Positions 61,800-64,000 of a stretch of DNA of 64,000 bases are shown one piece after another. Numbering within the stretch: the first letter of the stretch is position 1; each line of letters starts with the position of its first letter. The stretch lies in assembly GCA_964188305.1 (NCBI GenBank), contig OZ076887.1; one strand, written 5' to 3'. The notes under the pieces were generated by a model that was not told where the DNA came from, did no database searches, and saw only the letters and a list, made by a program, of their open reading frames with translations. The position numbers and the translations under genes are program-made. Origin of the DNA: Podarcis bocagei. Its lineage: Eukaryota.

Positions 61800-61936
61800 C
61801 AGGCCAGGGGAACCTTTGGCTCCTCAGATGTTGCCGAACTACATCTCCCAGCAGCCCCTGAAAGCATGGCGCAAAGTCAAGGCTGGTGGGAGTTGTAGTC
61901 CAACAACACCTGGTAGCCCAATGGTTCCCTACCCCT
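61800..61936. mobile_element. Decayed hAT MITE
   Basis: caggccaggggaacctttgg..gggagttgtagtcc..ggttccctaccccta. Confidence 0.7.
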
Positions 61937-62146
61937 ATTATAAACACATGCACTGACAAAAGCAGCACTAACCCAAAGTAATCTTGATGCAATCGTACTT
62001 CTAATTGCATTAAGTTGTTTTAAGGTGGTTCCATGCCCTGTTGTGTGCACGGATAAAACACTGAGGGGCAGGGCAGGAGCAGCTACAATCTGCTAATTTA
62101 TATTTAGCTTCTCTTGTGGGTAAACAGAAAACTGACAATATGACTA

Positions 62147-62164
62147 TCTGCCCCCTAGTGCAAC
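62147..62164 (-). promoter_or_regulatory. CTCF-like motif
   Basis: Minus strand GTTGCACTAGGGGGCAGA. Confidence 0.5.
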
Positions 62165-62573
62165 AGAGGAAGCAGCAGGTCTTTGACTCCAAGAGTTTTT
62201 AATAAAATAACATGCTGCTTCTAAAATGAATAAGGTTCCATACATCTGTGTTGCTACACCTTTTATAGTAGAGGTTCCTCATAAATCCATCACTCCATGT
62301 TAAATTTAAGTGCCGCTAAATCTTATAGAATGCCAGAGACCAGAACAGAGTCCAGCCCTTAGATTTCAGCTTGCTTTCATGACAAGCATTAATTGGTCTG
62401 ACTCTGACCAAATATTTACATTTCTTAAAGGGGAAAAAACATTATGTAAACATGCAATTTCTACTTTTCTCTGATAGTTTCTGTGGCATTCTAGAGCTAC
62501 TCAGCCTGTGTTTTAAGCTCATGCTTGAATCACCTCTCTTTACAACCTAACCATGGCCTGGGCCTAAGCACTG

Positions 62574-63217
62574 TGTCCTGAACCCCTGGCCTACCTGGCA
62601 GAAAGTCAATATGCCAAGTCCAACAGTCAAAGTCCAGTGGTCAGTCCACACAAGCAAAGTCCAAAGGTCAGGAAACACAGCCCAGGGTCAATCCAAGTAG
62701 CCAAGTCTGAAGTCCAGCAGTTAGGTTACAGCCCAGAGTCAAACAGTCCCATAGAGGTTCAAGGGCAACCAGGTCAAGATCCACCAACATGGGCACCTCA
62801 GCTCTGTTTCCCTTTTGTACTTGATTGCAGCATCTGGGCTTGATGAGGCAGGTGACCCTCACATGTCCTGAGCCTAAGCCAGCTGAGGAATCACACCCCT
62901 CCTCCCAGAGCTAGCGAGCCCCACCTAGCCAGCTAGAAATCTGGGCTGTGGGCCCTTTCCTGCCTCAGCCTCCTGGAGCAGCCCTCGCACTGCTTGCTAC
63001 GCCTCAGAGCCTGCTGTGTTTGGGGAGACAGGGCCCCCTCTGGCTCTGGGTCCTGTTGCTCTGACTCCTGTGCATTGATCCCCATCCCCTCACCACCCTC
63101 TGTCAACCTGCTAGTACTTCCTTCTCCATTCCCTGCTTTCCCTGGTGTGTCCTAGTCCCAGCTACAGCTCTTGCCGGGATCCTCTTCTTCCTCCCACCGT
63201 CCTGCCAGTTCATGACA
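62574..63217 (-). mobile_element. Solo LTR (644 bp), probably Gypsy-type
   Basis: TGTCCTGAAC...GTTCATGACA inverted termini (9/10). 5-bp flanks cactg/cagtg. GC-rich interior distinct from the flanks. Strand and family are tentative. Confidence 0.75.
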
Positions 63218-63811
63218 CAGTGGTTAGTTTGAAAAAGAGGTGATTCAAGCATGTCTAGAAGCAAATTACTGTAATATGCTTCCTGGCACATTGTACAAAC
63301 TGAGCCATAATTCTTAGAACGTGAGACATTCCAGGACCGAGCTCTGGCACCGAAAACAAATTCCAGAGCTGAGCCATTGGGTAGGATTTAAGACCTTGAG
63401 AAGATAAGAACAGAATATGCAATCCTGGTGTTTCTTTCTTTTTCACAACAGGATGGGCTTGTTGAAAATCAGCCAGTCTTGATTCCCTTGAGTAAAAGAA
63501 GGGCCTTGTGGAGAAAAACGACAGCCACCATTCAGGGAAATGTGTAACGTGATGTGTGTGCTCATTGTGGTTTCTTCTTCCTCTCTAAACAGCATGACCT
63601 CATGGTAAGGCAATTGGGCAAAGCACTTTTGTGGTGATAGTGTGTTGATAATTTTGGCAGATGATCCACAAGTTTTGAAAATGGTTCAAAAACTATAACT
63701 GAGGCGACTTTTTGCAGATGCTTTCCCCTCCTGAAGAGAACATGTTACAGTAACATTGTGCTTATGCCAGCTCTCTGACAGTGAAGTGATGCAGGCCAAA
63801 TGAATGAATTA

Positions 63812-64000
63812 CAGTGGTGCCTCGCAAGACGAAATTAATTCGTTCCGCGAGTTTTTTCGTCTAGCGAATTTTTCGTCTTGCGAAGCACGGTGTCGGAAAA
63901 GTTTTGGAAAAGCTTCAAAAATCACCAAAAACCTCAAAAAAGGCTACCACACCGCGTTCTATGAGTTGCTCCTCGAAGTCAAGTCACAACTGTATTAACG
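63812..64000. mobile_element. Tc1/mariner (Tigger/pogo-like) element, left end, runs off the window
   Basis: TA followed by CAGTGGTGCCTCGC; CpG-rich, consistent with a young insertion. Confidence 0.8.

Overview
AT-rich (~40% GC by eye) vertebrate non-coding DNA, almost certainly from a squamate and probably a lacertid lizard. The basis is eight Sauria SINE copies with (ACCTTT)n tails plus L2, CR1, Penelope-like, hAT and Tc1/mariner elements. I find no intact protein-coding gene, RNA gene or CRISPR array; the ORF-track hits trace to microsatellites, SINE/LINE debris or chance. The window looks like a large intron or gene desert. Many insertions can be delimited to the base by terminal repeats and target-site duplications (TSDs), including three solo LTRs and several nested insertions. 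Best leads: (i) a 353-bp solo LTR with a 6-bp TSD carrying a perfect DR3 nuclear-receptor element next to a CTCF-like motif; (ii) a dense CTAAY (QKI/branch-point-type) cluster around a candidate stop-containing cassette exon at 33.0-33.4 kb; (iii) a head-to-head Sauria SINE pair able to form a ~300-bp dsRNA stem; (iv) a convergent set of CTCF-like motifs at 52.7-62.2 kb; (v) interlocking inverted repeats at 42.7 kb. Family names come from recalled consensus features, not database searches. I cannot support a claim of a new biological system from sequence alone.
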